Source: an uncultured Chthonomonadaceae bacterium (GTDB lineage: Bacteria > Armatimonadota > Chthonomonadetes > Chthonomonadales > Chthonomonadaceae). Taken from it: a DNA stretch of 64,000 bases. The stretch is taken from contig CAWIEK010000046.1 of assembly GCA_963835065.1 (NCBI GenBank), positions 32,001 to 96,000 on the forward strand. The letters are read 5' to 3'. A program made the position numbers and the translations under genes. Within the stretch, counting starts at the first letter, position 1. The number at the start of each line of letters is the position of its first letter. Shown one piece after another: positions 49,534-60,265 of this stretch. The notes under the pieces were generated by a model that saw nothing but the letters and a program-made list of their open reading frames with translations, did no database searches and was not told the DNA's origin.

Positions 49534-50649
49534 ATGACCCCACCCACGCAGGAACAAACAGCGGCAACGGAAGCGGCAGGCAAAGCAACGACACCAGCAA
49601 TTTCTACATCGGAAGTAACAACGTCGGAAAACGCGATACAACGAGCGCCTTCTGAAGCGAAATCTGACGCGATTGCGGAAGCGGTTCTTGCCATCCGTCA
49701 GGCGCGGCGGATTGTGGTCACAAGTCACGTCAACCCCGACGGTGACGCGCTCGGCTCCGTGCTTGCCATGACGCATATTCTGGACGCGCTTGGCAAGGAC
49801 GTGACGCCGCTCATGGCGGACGGCGTTCCCGACATTTACCGCTGGATGCCTGGCGCGGACAGGATTGTGACGCAGACGGAACGGCGCGATTTCGATCTGG
49901 CGATTGTGTGTGACGCGGGCGCGATTGAGCGCGTAGGCAAGTCGGTACGCCCGGTAGTGGAAGAAACGCTGCTCGTAATGGACATTGACCATCATGTGGC
50001 GGACGGGCCGTTTGGTGATATTCGGATTCTGGACGCGACGGCTTCGGCAACGGCGGAATTGGTATGGCAATTGCTGCTGGCCTTGCAGCCTACAACTGCG
50101 CAAAGTTTGGCGACAAAAGAGATCGCCGACTGCCTGCTGACGGGCATTATCACGGACACCGGCTCCTACCGCTATCCCAATACGACGCCATTCACCTTTG
50201 AATTATCCGCGCAATTGCAGAAATTGGGCGCACAACCCGCCATGATTTCCGAACTGGTGTTTGAAAATCGCAGCTACGCAAGCCTTAAACTGCTTGGACG
50301 CGCCCTCGACTCGCTGCAAACCACGCCGGACGGACAAGTTGCCTGGGCGCATGTGACAACGCAGGATTTCGCCGACACGAAGGGCGAGGACGCGGACACG
50401 GAAGGCATTGTCTCGCATGTTCGGGCGGTGCAGGGCGCCCAAATCGGCATTTTGTTTCGGGAAGTGCCGGATAAAAAGGTTCGCATCAGCCTGCGGGCGC
50501 GCGAGGGCGCAAACGTAAACAAAATCGCCAACGTATTCGGCGGCGGCGGCCACAAACTTGCGGCAGGTTGCTCACTCGATCCCCCACTTGCAGATGTAGA
50601 ACAGCAAGTAATCGCCGAAGCCATGCGACAATTAAATTCAGACAGTTGA
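49534..50649 (+). CDS. DHH/DHHA1 phosphoesterase (NrnA-like oligoribonuclease)
   Basis: HVNPDGDALGS, IDHH, GIITDTGSY, FGGGGH. Confidence 0.93.
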   Translation: MTPPTQEQTAATEAAGKATTPAISTSEVTTSENAIQRAPSEAKSDAIAEAVLAIRQARRIVVTSHVNPDGDALGSVLAMTHILDALGKDVTPLMADGVPDIYRWMPGADRIVTQTERRDFDLAIVCDAGAIERVGKSVRPVVEETLLVMDIDHHVADGPFGDIRILDATASATAELVWQLLLALQPTTAQSLATKEIADCLLTGIITDTGSYRYPNTTPFTFELSAQLQKLGAQPAMISELVFENRSYASLKLLGRALDSLQTTPDGQVAWAHVTTQDFADTKGEDADTEGIVSHVRAVQGAQIGILFREVPDKKVRISLRAREGANVNKIANVFGGGGHKLAAGCSLDPPLADVEQQVIAEAMRQLNSDS

Positions 50650-50650
50650 C

Positions 50651-51181
50651 ATGCACACACGCCGACGTTTGATTTTCAATAGCCTGCTGTTGTGCCTGTG
50701 CGCCGAGTTTGTTGGCGAGGGTATCCGTCTTTATCGCCTGCCGCAACAGGCGCTTGGCGCGGAAACGTTGGCGTTGCTGGATAACGTTCAGAAGGTGGAG
50801 ACATTTCGTTTGAGTTCGGATGTGAAAGACGTGGAGCGTCGGCAAATCAGCGACTATCCACTCAAATACAAAGGCAATGCGCAGGGGCAGGCGTTTGCGC
50901 GTAGGATTGCCAACATACTGCGGAAGCCACAAACATATTGGGGCAGCAACGATACCACCTGTATCGTTGATCCGGGAGTGGCGTATCGGCTGTGGAGCGG
51001 CAGGCGGTGCGTTGAGTTGATGATCTGCTTCCATTGCGGGCAAATGCTGATAGCCACGAAAAACGAAACCGGGCAGGTAACGCATTTCGCTTACACAGAA
51101 TTCGCCTCGGTACGGCCTGAACTGATTGAATTGGCAAAGCAGGCGTTTCCAAACGACGCCGACATTGCAGCCCTCCAATAA
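50651..51181 (+). CDS. Hypothetical exported protein
   Basis: N-terminal TM, C..DPG...ICFHC motif; directly follows the nrnA-like gene. Confidence 0.6.
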   Translation: MHTRRRLIFNSLLLCLCAEFVGEGIRLYRLPQQALGAETLALLDNVQKVETFRLSSDVKDVERRQISDYPLKYKGNAQGQAFARRIANILRKPQTYWGSNDTTCIVDPGVAYRLWSGRRCVELMICFHCGQMLIATKNETGQVTHFAYTEFASVRPELIELAKQAFPNDADIAALQ

Positions 51182-51210
51182 CCACTCTTCAACAGGATTA
51201 AACCGGAACA

Positions 51211-51702
51211 ATGAAAAACATTCACGTACAACGTATTCAGACATTGCCTGTTGAGGAAGTGACAAGACTGGTTCGGGAGAGCGAGGAACAGGGCTTTGAC
51301 TTCCTCGACAGGCTCATAGACAATTATGAGAACGGCAGCAATCGGTTCGATCAGCCGGGAGAAGGCTTGTTCGGCGTGTACGATGGGGAAGCCCTGATTG
51401 CTATTGGCGGTCTGAACTGCGACCCGTTTTTGTTCGATCCATTCGTCGGGCGGGTACGGCGCGTGTATGTCGCTTCGGCGTATCGGCGGCAGGGCGTGGG
51501 CAAAATGCTGCTTGAGGCAATTATCAGCGCGGCGCGAGGGCATTTCAAGCTGCTTACGCTGCGCGCCGACACGCCGGACGCGGCGGCTTTGTATGAGGGA
51601 TTGGGTTTCCAAACCGAGCCGCGCATCGAAAACGCCACGCACCATTTGCAGCTTACGCGAACTCCCTATTTCCCCGCGCCCGTTATTCGCTACGCTTCGT
51701 GA
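51211..51702 (+). CDS. GNAT family N-acetyltransferase
   Basis: RRVYVASAYRRQGVGKMLL, AAALYEGLGF. Confidence 0.92.
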   Translation: MKNIHVQRIQTLPVEEVTRLVRESEEQGFDFLDRLIDNYENGSNRFDQPGEGLFGVYDGEALIAIGGLNCDPFLFDPFVGRVRRVYVASAYRRQGVGKMLLEAIISAARGHFKLLTLRADTPDAAALYEGLGFQTEPRIENATHHLQLTRTPYFPAPVIRYAS

Positions 51703-51734
51703 TTCCTTCTGCGCTTCCTGACTGCGTGAATACC

Positions 51735-52829
51735 ATGACGGCAAAAATCGGGCTTACTTTGGGCAAATACGCGCCTCTGCATCGGGGGCATCAGCTTGTC
51801 ATTGAAACCGCGCTGACGGAAATGGACGAGCTGTTCATTGTAATTTACGACTGCCCGGAAATTACGCCCGTTCCGCTTCCCGTTCGCGCCGGATGGCTGC
51901 GCCGCCTGTACCCGCAGGCGCATGTAATCGAAGCGTGGGACGGCTCCAACGAAGTCGGCGATACGCCCGAAATCAAGCGGATGCACGAAGCGTACCTGCT
52001 CAACCTGCTTGCCCCTTACGTGTTAAACCCCGATGAACCCGCTTCCGACGTTTCTGCTTCCCACTTGCCTGATGCCGCCTTGCCCAATCAACGGCGAATC
52101 ACGCACTTTTATTGCAGCGAGTTTTACGGCGAACACATCAGTCAGGCATTCAGGTGCGTGAACCGGCTGGTGGATTGTGACCGCAGCGCATTTCCGGTTT
52201 CCGGCACAACCATACGCGCCCATCCTTACGAAAACCGCGCGTATCTGCACCCGCTTGTGTACCGCGACCTGATTACGAACGTTGTCTTTGTGGGCGCTCC
52301 GTCAACCGGAAAATCCACCCTTGCCGAACGCTTGGCACTGGAACTAAACACAGTTTATATGCCGGAATACGGGCGCGAGTATTGGGAAGCGCATCAAAAT
52401 GAACGGCGATTGACGTTGGAGCAGCTAGTCGAGATTGCGGAAGGCCATTTGGAGCGCGAAGAAACCCTGCTGGCGCAGGCAAACGGTGTTTTGTTCACGG
52501 ACACCAACGCCCTGACCACGCGCCTGTTTTCCCTGTATTATCACGGCGCTGTTCATCCCCACTTGGAACAACTGGCGCAGCAGTGCGCGTCTCGCTACGA
52601 TCTGGTATTCGTCTGCGAAGATGATATACCTTATGATGATACATGGGATCGTTCGGGCGACGCCAACCGCCGCGTTTTCCAAAAGCAGATTATCGCCGAC
52701 CTGCTGACCCGCAAAATCCCCTTCTTCACGCTGCGCGGCGATCTGGAAACTCGTGTTGCACAGGTAAAAGCCGTCCTTCAACGCCATCCCAAGTACACGA
52801 GTGTTTGTCTGAACCATGATTTTTCATGA
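51735..52829 (+). CDS. NadR-like cytidylyltransferase + AAA_28 kinase
   Basis: GKYAPLHRGH, VSGTTIR, GAPSTGKST, EYGREY, DTNALTT. Confidence 0.9.
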   Translation: MTAKIGLTLGKYAPLHRGHQLVIETALTEMDELFIVIYDCPEITPVPLPVRAGWLRRLYPQAHVIEAWDGSNEVGDTPEIKRMHEAYLLNLLAPYVLNPDEPASDVSASHLPDAALPNQRRITHFYCSEFYGEHISQAFRCVNRLVDCDRSAFPVSGTTIRAHPYENRAYLHPLVYRDLITNVVFVGAPSTGKSTLAERLALELNTVYMPEYGREYWEAHQNERRLTLEQLVEIAEGHLEREETLLAQANGVLFTDTNALTTRLFSLYYHGAVHPHLEQLAQQCASRYDLVFVCEDDIPYDDTWDRSGDANRRVFQKQIIADLLTRKIPFFTLRGDLETRVAQVKAVLQRHPKYTSVCLNHDFS

Positions 52830-52902
52830 TTAAGATGATTACCATGAGGAACGCGCCTCCTCAATCATGCCAATCATATAAATCATGAAAAATCATGGTT
52901 CA
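52810..52902. repeat. 9-mer-based palindrome between convergent genes
   Basis: tgaaccatgatttttcatgatt / aatcatgaaaaatcatggttca; a fragment also at ~24469. Confidence 0.85.
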
Positions 52903-52908
52903 AACAGG

Positions 52909-53715
52909 CTATTTCCAATTTTCGCAGCCCCGAAATGCCATGTGCTTGCCTTCCACGTAGCGCGGGTAGGGGTTGTAATCGTTGATGCCTTCCACGGGTT
53001 CGCCGCGCAGCAGAAACGCGCTCGGCCAACGGCCTTCCGGCGTGAGTTGGCCGCGCAGCAGGATTCGCGTTGTCGTGGGAATATAGCGGATGGTCAGGCC
53101 GCAGCGACGATGGGGGGAATGGTTGGCGTTGGAGCCGTGAATGGTGTTGGGATGATGCACAGACACGCCGCCTTTGGGCAGGATGCAGTCTACGGCCTGC
53201 GATTCATCCACAAGCGCGTCGTCCATGCCGGAACCTAATACGCTTGTCACATCGGTGCGCTTCTTCATCTCCTGCAAATCCGTATGCTGCGTTCCCGGAA
53301 TCACTCTCATGCAGCCGTTTTCCGGCGTCGAGTCGTCAACCGCCAGCCACAGCGTCACCACGTCCATCGGATCGAGCGGCCAGTAACTGCCGTCCTGATG
53401 CCACAGCACAGGCTGTCCATCAAAGGGCGGCTTGCTTATGTAGTGGGACGCGAACAGGGCGATGTTCGGCCCGATGAACTGCTGCGCGATGTCAAGCAGG
53501 CGGGGATCGCTGATAAGCCGAACCCAGAACGGATCATCGGTCATCAGCGTGTGGCCGAGTTGTTCCGGGCGCAGTTCGGGATGTTTCTGCTGAAGCCAGT
53601 CTACGTGTTCGCCGGCTTCGGCAATCAAATCCGCGTCCAGAACGCGCGGAAACAGGACATAGCCCTCGCGTTCGAATTGTTCAACCGCTGCACTGCGCGT
53701 TTGCGTTGCTGTCAT
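52909..53715 (-). CDS. Phytanoyl-CoA dioxygenase (PhyH) family Fe/2OG oxygenase
   Basis: WHQDGSYW, ENGCMRVIPG, HGSNAN, RRCG. Confidence 0.92.
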   Translation of the reverse strand: MTATQTRSAAVEQFEREGYVLFPRVLDADLIAEAGEHVDWLQQKHPELRPEQLGHTLMTDDPFWVRLISDPRLLDIAQQFIGPNIALFASHYISKPPFDGQPVLWHQDGSYWPLDPMDVVTLWLAVDDSTPENGCMRVIPGTQHTDLQEMKKRTDVTSVLGSGMDDALVDESQAVDCILPKGGVSVHHPNTIHGSNANHSPHRRCGLTIRYIPTTTRILLRGQLTPEGRWPSAFLLRGEPVEGINDYNPYPRYVEGKHMAFRGCENWK

Positions 53716-53769
53716 TGTCGTATTCTCCAGATAGGTGCTGCGTTGGTAACTGCCGTTTGAAAACGAATG

Positions 53770-54807
53770 TTAGCTTTGAGCGTTTAAGCGTTCGATTACA
53801 CGGTCGGCGAGTTCATCGTAGAAGATTAAATCGTGAGCGCCCATGCCGTCTACGCGCTTTGCGCCCCACTGGTTTTTGAAGCGCGAAATGCCCGCGAAGA
53901 GATGGCCGGGCTGCCCGAATGGATCGTAACCATACCAATCGTATTCGATGCAGCCGCGCGTTCGCGCCGCCTGCATTGCCGCCCAATGGAGGGCATAATT
54001 GGGCATCAGGTTGCGGTATCGCGTGGAAGAGCCGCCGTACAGGTACGTTGCCCGCCGCCCGAAGAACACCACCAGAATCGCCGCAAGCGTTTCGCCCTGC
54101 CACTTCGCCAGAAACAGGGACGCGCGGCGGGCGGGAAACAGCATCGCGCCCAAATTAAGAAAGAAGCCATAGGGTTCCGCGAAAAAGCGGCTGCGCAGAC
54201 TGGTTTCCCAGAATACGTCGTAAAACGCGCGCATGTCCGCCATGTCAACGGATTCAACCACTTTCACGCCGTGCCGCAGCGACAGGCCGAGATTATAGCG
54301 GCCCTTTGGGTGCATCCGGGAACGCAGAGCGTCGTCCGGCAGGGTCAAATCCTGCATCAAGGTATGATTGGGCGTCAGGTCAACGGGAGCGCGGTTCCAG
54401 TTGCGCAGCAGGGACGGGCGCGGCGGGGGCAGGTGTGGCTCGATGCGCAATCCCAATGCGCCATGCCGCGCCGCCAGTTCCCGCGCCTGCGCAATCAGCA
54501 GCCGTAAGCCCGAACGCGCAAGAGTTGTAGCGTCCCAGGGCAGAACCGGCCCTTCCGGGCACAGGACAAAGCCCGCGTCATGCCCATGCGGATACAGCAA
54601 CAGGCTTGCGCCACCACGTAATTGCCCATCCAAAAATAAGCCGTAACGGGGCGTCACATACCCTTCCGCCCGCTTGAACGCCGCCCACGCGCTGGACTGC
54701 ATAAAGCCGGAAGCCGTTTCCTGCCCCGCCAGCGCGTCCCATTCTCCATCCCATTCCGCTCCTAATTGGCGCAGTTCCCATGCAGCGCAAGACAAAGACG
54801 CCTCCAA
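53770..54807 (-). CDS. FemAB/FemX family aminoacyl-tRNA-dependent transferase
   Basis: FMQSSAWAAFK, GPVLPW, LRIEP, KGRYNL, YLYGGSS, YDWYG, FKNQWG. Confidence 0.88.
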   Translation of the reverse strand: MEASLSCAAWELRQLGAEWDGEWDALAGQETASGFMQSSAWAAFKRAEGYVTPRYGLFLDGQLRGGASLLLYPHGHDAGFVLCPEGPVLPWDATTLARSGLRLLIAQARELAARHGALGLRIEPHLPPPRPSLLRNWNRAPVDLTPNHTLMQDLTLPDDALRSRMHPKGRYNLGLSLRHGVKVVESVDMADMRAFYDVFWETSLRSRFFAEPYGFFLNLGAMLFPARRASLFLAKWQGETLAAILVVFFGRRATYLYGGSSTRYRNLMPNYALHWAAMQAARTRGCIEYDWYGYDPFGQPGHLFAGISRFKNQWGAKRVDGMGAHDLIFYDELADRVIERLNAQS

Positions 54808-54816
54808 GATATGTGC

Positions 54817-54948
54817 GCGACGGGCTGAACCCCTTCGCTGTATAGCCTACGGCTCAGTGTCCTTCGGACACATCTTCTTGCTTCAAGAGTATTCTGTCCG
54901 AAGGACAGTGGGCGGAACGCCATACAGCGAAGGGGTTCAGCCCGTCGC
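54817..54948. repeat. REPIN-like element with 27-bp perfect inverted repeat
   Basis: gcgacgggctgaaccccttcgctgtat / atacagcgaaggggttcagcccgtcgc with inner tgtccttcggaca hairpins. Confidence 0.85.
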
Positions 54949-54989
54949 CACAACGCGCGCCTGATGTTCCATTCGGATTTACAGCGCTG

Positions 54990-57609
54990 TCATGGCGTTA
55001 AGGATTGCAGCGCTTGCGTTACGCGGGCCAGATCGTTCGGCTTTTTATCACGTTCAGCCTGCGTTTGCGCCGTGTTCGTTTGATTTTCGTTCAGGTCGGC
55101 CTGTGTGCGACTGATGGCGTCGGAAACCGCGATTTCGTCCGTGCCATAATCCACCTGATAGGAGGGATCGTTGCCGTTGCTGGCGTACAGCTGGTTGTAC
55201 TCGGCCAAATCACTTGTCAGCGTAGATTTTTCCTGCGCCAGTTCTTTGAGATCGTTGTCCAGGCTGGCAACGTCGCCCTTAAACTCCGTTTGCAGTTTAA
55301 CCAGAACGCTTTTCAGCACGGCTTTCATTTCAGGCGGGCAGGGCGCGGCAGGTTTGCCCGGCACGAACAGTTTCTTGCCGTCTGTGGAAACCCAATTGTT
55401 GTCTGCGGCGCGAAGGGCGATCTGCCCGTTTTGCAGCAGCAGGCTGTCCACGAACAATTCCACGCCGTTCGCTTCGGGCGCGGGAGCGGGCGTCGTGGTG
55501 GTTGTCGGCGGCTTAATCTGCTGCATTGCGGCGTTCAGGCGGCGCTGAAGGTCTTCCAGATTGCGCAGTTCGGTTTTGTCATCGGCAATCACGCCCGCGA
55601 ACGCGCTTGTCCAGCCGACCCATTCCACCCAATGTCGGCGCGGTTCGATAGCGGCAGTAACCGACGCTTGCTGATCCTGCAATTGCGTGAGGATGCTGTT
55701 GAACAATTCGGGATCGGGGTACAGGTTCAGCAGGGCATCGGGGCTGTTGTTGCTCATCAGGCTGACGGTGGAGCCGGAAATCAGCAGGTAGGCGGTATCC
55801 GAAAGCGTAATCACCACGTCGCCGTTGTCCAGGACGAGCATATCATCATCGGCCACAAAGAACGCTTTATGCGCTTCCCCGCGCCCGGCATTATTGGGAG
55901 CGGAAGTATTGGGATTGTTGCCGTTGCCATAGCCACCGTCGGAGTAGCCTCCGTAAACGGTTGTATGCGAGTAGGGGATGTAGGTAAACGTCCGCGTGGG
56001 ATAAGGGACGCCTTCAATATCGGTGGGCTGTCCCGTGCCGTAACTGCGCCGAAAGCCCGTGCTGCGGATATTCGGGGCGGGCGCGCGGAAACTGCCCGCC
56101 GCCGCGCGACCGCCGCTGCCGAAACTGCCGCCATAACCGGGCTTACCCCCAAAGCTGCTTTCCGTCGCACGGCCCGTTCCACTGCTGAATCCGCTTTCAC
56201 CACGTCCGAAACTGCTGCCGTAACCCCGTGACATGCTGGCATGGCCGAAACTGCCTGTACCCTTGCCGAACGCATTGTCCGGCGCGACGGCGTTTGCCAG
56301 CGTCATCAACACCACGAGAATTACGAACAGCTTGCGCCCCCATCCGCCGATCCATTCCAAACGCGGCAATTTATCCTGCAAAAACGCCTGCAAGCGCGTC
56401 AATTCCGTTTGCAGGGCAAGCGGCAATTTTTGCGCCCGACGCAGCAAGGCGCTGACAAGCCGCTGCACGTCCAGTTTACGCAACGGTTCCGATAACCTGC
56501 TCAGCCAGGCTTTCGATCATCACGCGGGTATGGTACGGGTGCGAAATGGGAATGGCGGCCAGCAGCGCGTTCAAGTCGTAAGGCGGTTCGGCTAACGTGG
56601 AATTTGATTCGGGAATTGGGACGGTATTTGTCGCAGACGGAAAGACGTTATCACCAATGGATATAGCTCTACTGTCACCTTGTAGAGCCACTACTTCCCC
56701 GGCTTCTTGCGCCGAACCTGACGCTTGCGCGTAAGCCGTTTGTTGCCGTTTCGACGGAGCCATACCGGGGTTTAACAGGAGCGGCAGCAGGCGCGGGGAT
56801 TGCAGGGAATGAACGCCGATGCGCCGCGCCATTCGCCGCTCCGCAATAGTGAACTGCGCGCTCGGCCACAGGGCGGCCATGTCATACTGCCGCGTTGGAA
56901 CGGGACAGGCGAGATCGGCAAGGTCATTTCGGCGCAGGCGCGGACCGGCAAGCGTAAACGCCCAGACGCCATAGCCCTGCGCCCGAAACGAGGGCAGGCA
57001 TACGCGGTACGATTGCGGGTTTAAGCCGGCAGCCCGTACAGTACGGTTGACGCACCAGAACGCTTCGGGCGTGGTTTCGGGCGACAGGGCATTGAGCGCC
57101 AGCAGGCCGTCCGAACCCAACACCTGCCGGAGCAACTGATACCATTCCACGCTGTAAACCCGCGCGTCTTCCTCGCGCCGGGGAACCGTGAAATCACACA
57201 AAATAATGTCGTAAGCGTCGGCAGTGGAACTTTCCATTTGAGCAACGCGGTTTTGCAGAAACTCCCAGGCGTCGGCGATGTGGACATGGGCGCGCGGATC
57301 GGTAAACGCCCGTTCGTTCAGATCGGCAAAGCGGGTTTTGCCCCATTCCACAACCTCGGAACTGTAATCTACCAGATCAACATGCGCGACATGCGGGAAG
57401 CGCAGGCACTCGCGCAGGGCAAGGCCATCCCCGCCGCCGCAAATCAAGACTTTCAAATCCGCGTTGGGTTTCTGTAGCGCGGCAAGGCTGAGGGCGGGCA
57501 GGGCTAGGCTTTCATGGTACAGGGCTTCGTCCAGCGTATCGAACTGCAAGTCGCCGTCAATGTAAAACGCGAACGCCTTCTCGCTGCGCTGATCCAGATG
57601 CAGGTTCAT
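54990..57609 (-). CDS. Spermidine-synthase-like domain joined to TM + Gly/Ser-rich + coiled-coil region (probable frameshift ~56485, or two coupled genes)
   Basis: FYIDGDLQF, YHESL, VLICGGGDGLALRE, DAWEFL, YDIILCD in ORF 56476-57807; ORF 54990-56483 overlaps it and has no clear start/RBS. Confidence 0.7.
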
Positions 57610-58016
57610 GCCGTTCCTCCCTGACGATTGGCTTGCAGATAAAACATGATGCCTGCCAGCCCGGCCACAATGCCCCCAAGCAGGGTATAAACACACGCCA
57701 CAAGCGCGCCGATAAGCAGGGTTCCGCCGGCATTGCTGCTTGGCCCCACTCTGCCATGCGCGACCATCAGGCTGATGGCGACATATACGAACATCGGCAG
57801 GCTGCACGTCCAGAAGCCGCTTGAAAACCGCTGTCCGGGCGTATCAATGCGGCTCGTGCCATTTGCCGCCACTGCGCCCGTGAAAACCGGAACAGCGACA
57901 ACCGCAAGCAGCCACCACGCCGCATGTCCCGGCGTCAGTGACGATAGAAAACCGAGAAAAGTGTAGCCGCAAACAGCCAGCGCAAACCCCGCTTTGCGCG
58001 TATTGTTGGCTTCCAC
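57606..58016 (-). CDS. Hypothetical 4-TM membrane protein
   Basis: Four hydrophobic helices; stop overlaps the next ATG. Confidence 0.65.
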   Translation of the reverse strand: MEANNTRKAGFALAVCGYTFLGFLSSLTPGHAAWWLLAVVAVPVFTGAVAANGTSRIDTPGQRFSSGFWTCSLPMFVYVAISLMVAHGRVGPSSNAGGTLLIGALVACVYTLLGGIVAGLAGIMFYLQANRQGGTA

Positions 58017-58033
58017 TTTGTGTTTATTTATGT

Positions 58034-58750
58034 TTAGCCGCCATGCCGCATGCTCCTTTGCATATCGCTGCGTTCCTGTTGTTCTTCGCGCAAGTGGAGG
58101 CGCGTGGCTTCGCATAAATCGTGAAATGTGGCGTCGTTGTAATTGCGGAATTTGGCATCGTTCAAGGCGCGGAACGTGGTTTCGCTGCGAACGCCGCAAT
58201 TTTCCTCCGGGTACGTATGAACCGTTTCGATATACAACGCCGTTCCCTCCATCTTCCAGCCTATCCGCGTAACGGGAGAGATTGCTTCAAGAGTAGAAGC
58301 CTTTGTTTCAAAAGCAGCAACGTTTGCGCCGAAAACAGGAGCGTTTGTACTGTAAGCAGGAGCGTTTGCAGCCGAAGCATGAGGAAACGTAAACGCCAGA
58401 GTATTCTCTTCGAGCATGTTGATTTTCAGCGCATCGCCTTCCGACAAAGCAAACCGCGTCAGGGCAATACGGCAGCCAAAGCCCGGAACATCAGGACAAA
58501 GCGCAGCAGGCAATGCCCCACTGCTTTGCGCCAGAACCGGAGCGTCGGTTGTCACCGGCGCACAGGTAAACAGTTCCGTAATGCAAACATCGTCTCGTTC
58601 CAGAGTGACGGCATGACTCGCGCCCAGCACATGAAACGCCACGCGCCAGCCATTCCAGCAAACTTCACGCCGCGCCAGTATGCGCAACGGCTCCAGACAC
58701 ACCCGCCCCTGAACCAGTTGGTAACATAAGTTGTTGATTCTGTGGTGCAT
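58034..58750 (-). CDS. DUF2617-like protein
   Basis: VLGASHAV...TELFTC...ETVHTYPEE pattern; neighbour of a SpeE-like gene. Confidence 0.6.
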   Translation of the reverse strand: MHHRINNLCYQLVQGRVCLEPLRILARREVCWNGWRVAFHVLGASHAVTLERDDVCITELFTCAPVTTDAPVLAQSSGALPAALCPDVPGFGCRIALTRFALSEGDALKINMLEENTLAFTFPHASAANAPAYSTNAPVFGANVAAFETKASTLEAISPVTRIGWKMEGTALYIETVHTYPEENCGVRSETTFRALNDAKFRNYNDATFHDLCEATRLHLREEQQERSDMQRSMRHGG

Positions 58751-58794
58751 GTTGCCTGCTTCCCTGCATACAAGTTCCTATAAGAACGTTGTTA

Positions 58795-59616
58795 TTATAT
58801 CTCTGTAGAGTCTTGAACTTCAGTATTCATTATCTTGATGTACTCAGGCTTGAAAGGTAAGTCAAGCGTCTTGCAAATTGGCTTGTAATCTTTGACATTG
58901 CCGGAGTATATCTCACTTTCGTGATGATGCGCTTCCAGAGCGATAATCGTGTCGGAAAGAGTTCGCCACTTTTTGGGTCCCAACGCATACCTATTTGCAA
59001 GGAGATCAGATAAGGCTTGTTTCAAGCGTACACAATCCGTTACTTTGTTCCATTCTTGGTCGGCTGCATCAATGGCTGCTTCCAGCATCTGCAGAAGCGG
59101 CTGTTTTGCTGCCAGGAATGTGCGCAAGCCGTCTGTCGCCTCTTTTGGCGGAAATGAAGGAAGAGGATCATAGGTTAGGCCATTGTAATGTGGGCGTATA
59201 TGCGCAGGCTGGCAAAGAGTGGTGTCTGTCAGCGTTGGAATGGTCTCCTCAAACCATAGATAGAGCGTACTGTCAATAAATATCCTTAAACGCAGAAGAG
59301 CGTCTTCTTTCGTCTCTTCGTCCTGAATAACCATAAAGAGAATATTGGTGCCAAGTTCTTTGATGCTTCCGGCCCAATGAAGCATCCAGCGTGAACGCGC
59401 ATCTTCCAAGTCTTCGGAATCCACGATGACGTTGTGCAAATCAACTGCGGCGCGAACATAAGTGTTGATGTACTCTGCGCGAACATAAGTTGATGAGATA
59501 GGATGTCGTTCTGAAAGCGTTTTGTCAATGCGCCTTCTAACCTCTTTGGGCATCGTGCGCCGCCAAATGGGAATTGTTGTTTCGACAAAAAGAGGACGCT
59601 CATCTTGTGGGGGCAT
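58795..59616 (-). CDS. PIN-domain-like protein (AT-richer)
   Basis: N-terminal LFVETT, C-terminal SDTIIALEA and IYSGNVKDY resembling the acidic PIN motifs. Confidence 0.55.
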   Translation of the reverse strand: MPPQDERPLFVETTIPIWRRTMPKEVRRRIDKTLSERHPISSTYVRAEYINTYVRAAVDLHNVIVDSEDLEDARSRWMLHWAGSIKELGTNILFMVIQDEETKEDALLRLRIFIDSTLYLWFEETIPTLTDTTLCQPAHIRPHYNGLTYDPLPSFPPKEATDGLRTFLAAKQPLLQMLEAAIDAADQEWNKVTDCVRLKQALSDLLANRYALGPKKWRTLSDTIIALEAHHHESEIYSGNVKDYKPICKTLDLPFKPEYIKIMNTEVQDSTEI

Positions 59617-59630
59617 TAGAGCTTCTGTCT

Positions 59631-60188
59631 TTACTTTGAAACCCCATCGCTTTCAATCCTGAAGGTAGGCAGCCAACTCAGCCCTGCGTGAAAAAGAGTT
59701 TTTTCACACACATAGGCATCTGCGTTACTCGCTTGTCCTTCGATTGCCTGCTCACATGCCTTTAAGAAACCTTGCACTTCTGCGTCATCCAGAGCTTCCA
59801 CAGGGTTGTTTTTGAGTGTATCATGCAGTATCGCGGCTACGCGAGACAGCGCCTCATACCCACATCGCCCTGCATCATGCTCCAGCTTTCTCAAAGAAGT
59901 TTTCAATGGGACTGCGGCTGCCAAACGTTCGCTCAGGTCGTCCTCTGCTTGCTGGAGGCGAAGAAGATTACAGCGTATCTCCTCTCGTAATACCTCCATA
60001 GGAGGATGCTCATCAGTCAGTTCCCTGTTTTGCCTGAGCGCCGTTTCATAAGCAACTGAGTCAGCAATTTCAAATTCAGGCGGCGTGGAAGCGCCGGAAA
60101 AGTGAACGCGCAGAAAGCCTTGTGTAAGCCCTTGCTGTACAAAGGCTGCTGCCAGACTATCAAAAGTATCTTCGGTTTTGGCGGTCAT
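59631..60188 (-). CDS. Hypothetical helical protein, partner of the PIN-like gene
   Basis: GAGG RBS, 185-aa ORF, 14 nt upstream of the PIN-like ORF. Confidence 0.65.
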   Translation of the reverse strand: MTAKTEDTFDSLAAAFVQQGLTQGFLRVHFSGASTPPEFEIADSVAYETALRQNRELTDEHPPMEVLREEIRCNLLRLQQAEDDLSERLAAAVPLKTSLRKLEHDAGRCGYEALSRVAAILHDTLKNNPVEALDDAEVQGFLKACEQAIEGQASNADAYVCEKTLFHAGLSWLPTFRIESDGVSK

Positions 60189-60265
60189 AGTAACCTCAGA
60201 ATAGCAGTTCGAAGCGCGTGTTGTGTTTACTGCGTATTCATTCAGGCAAAAGGAAAGGCTGAAAT

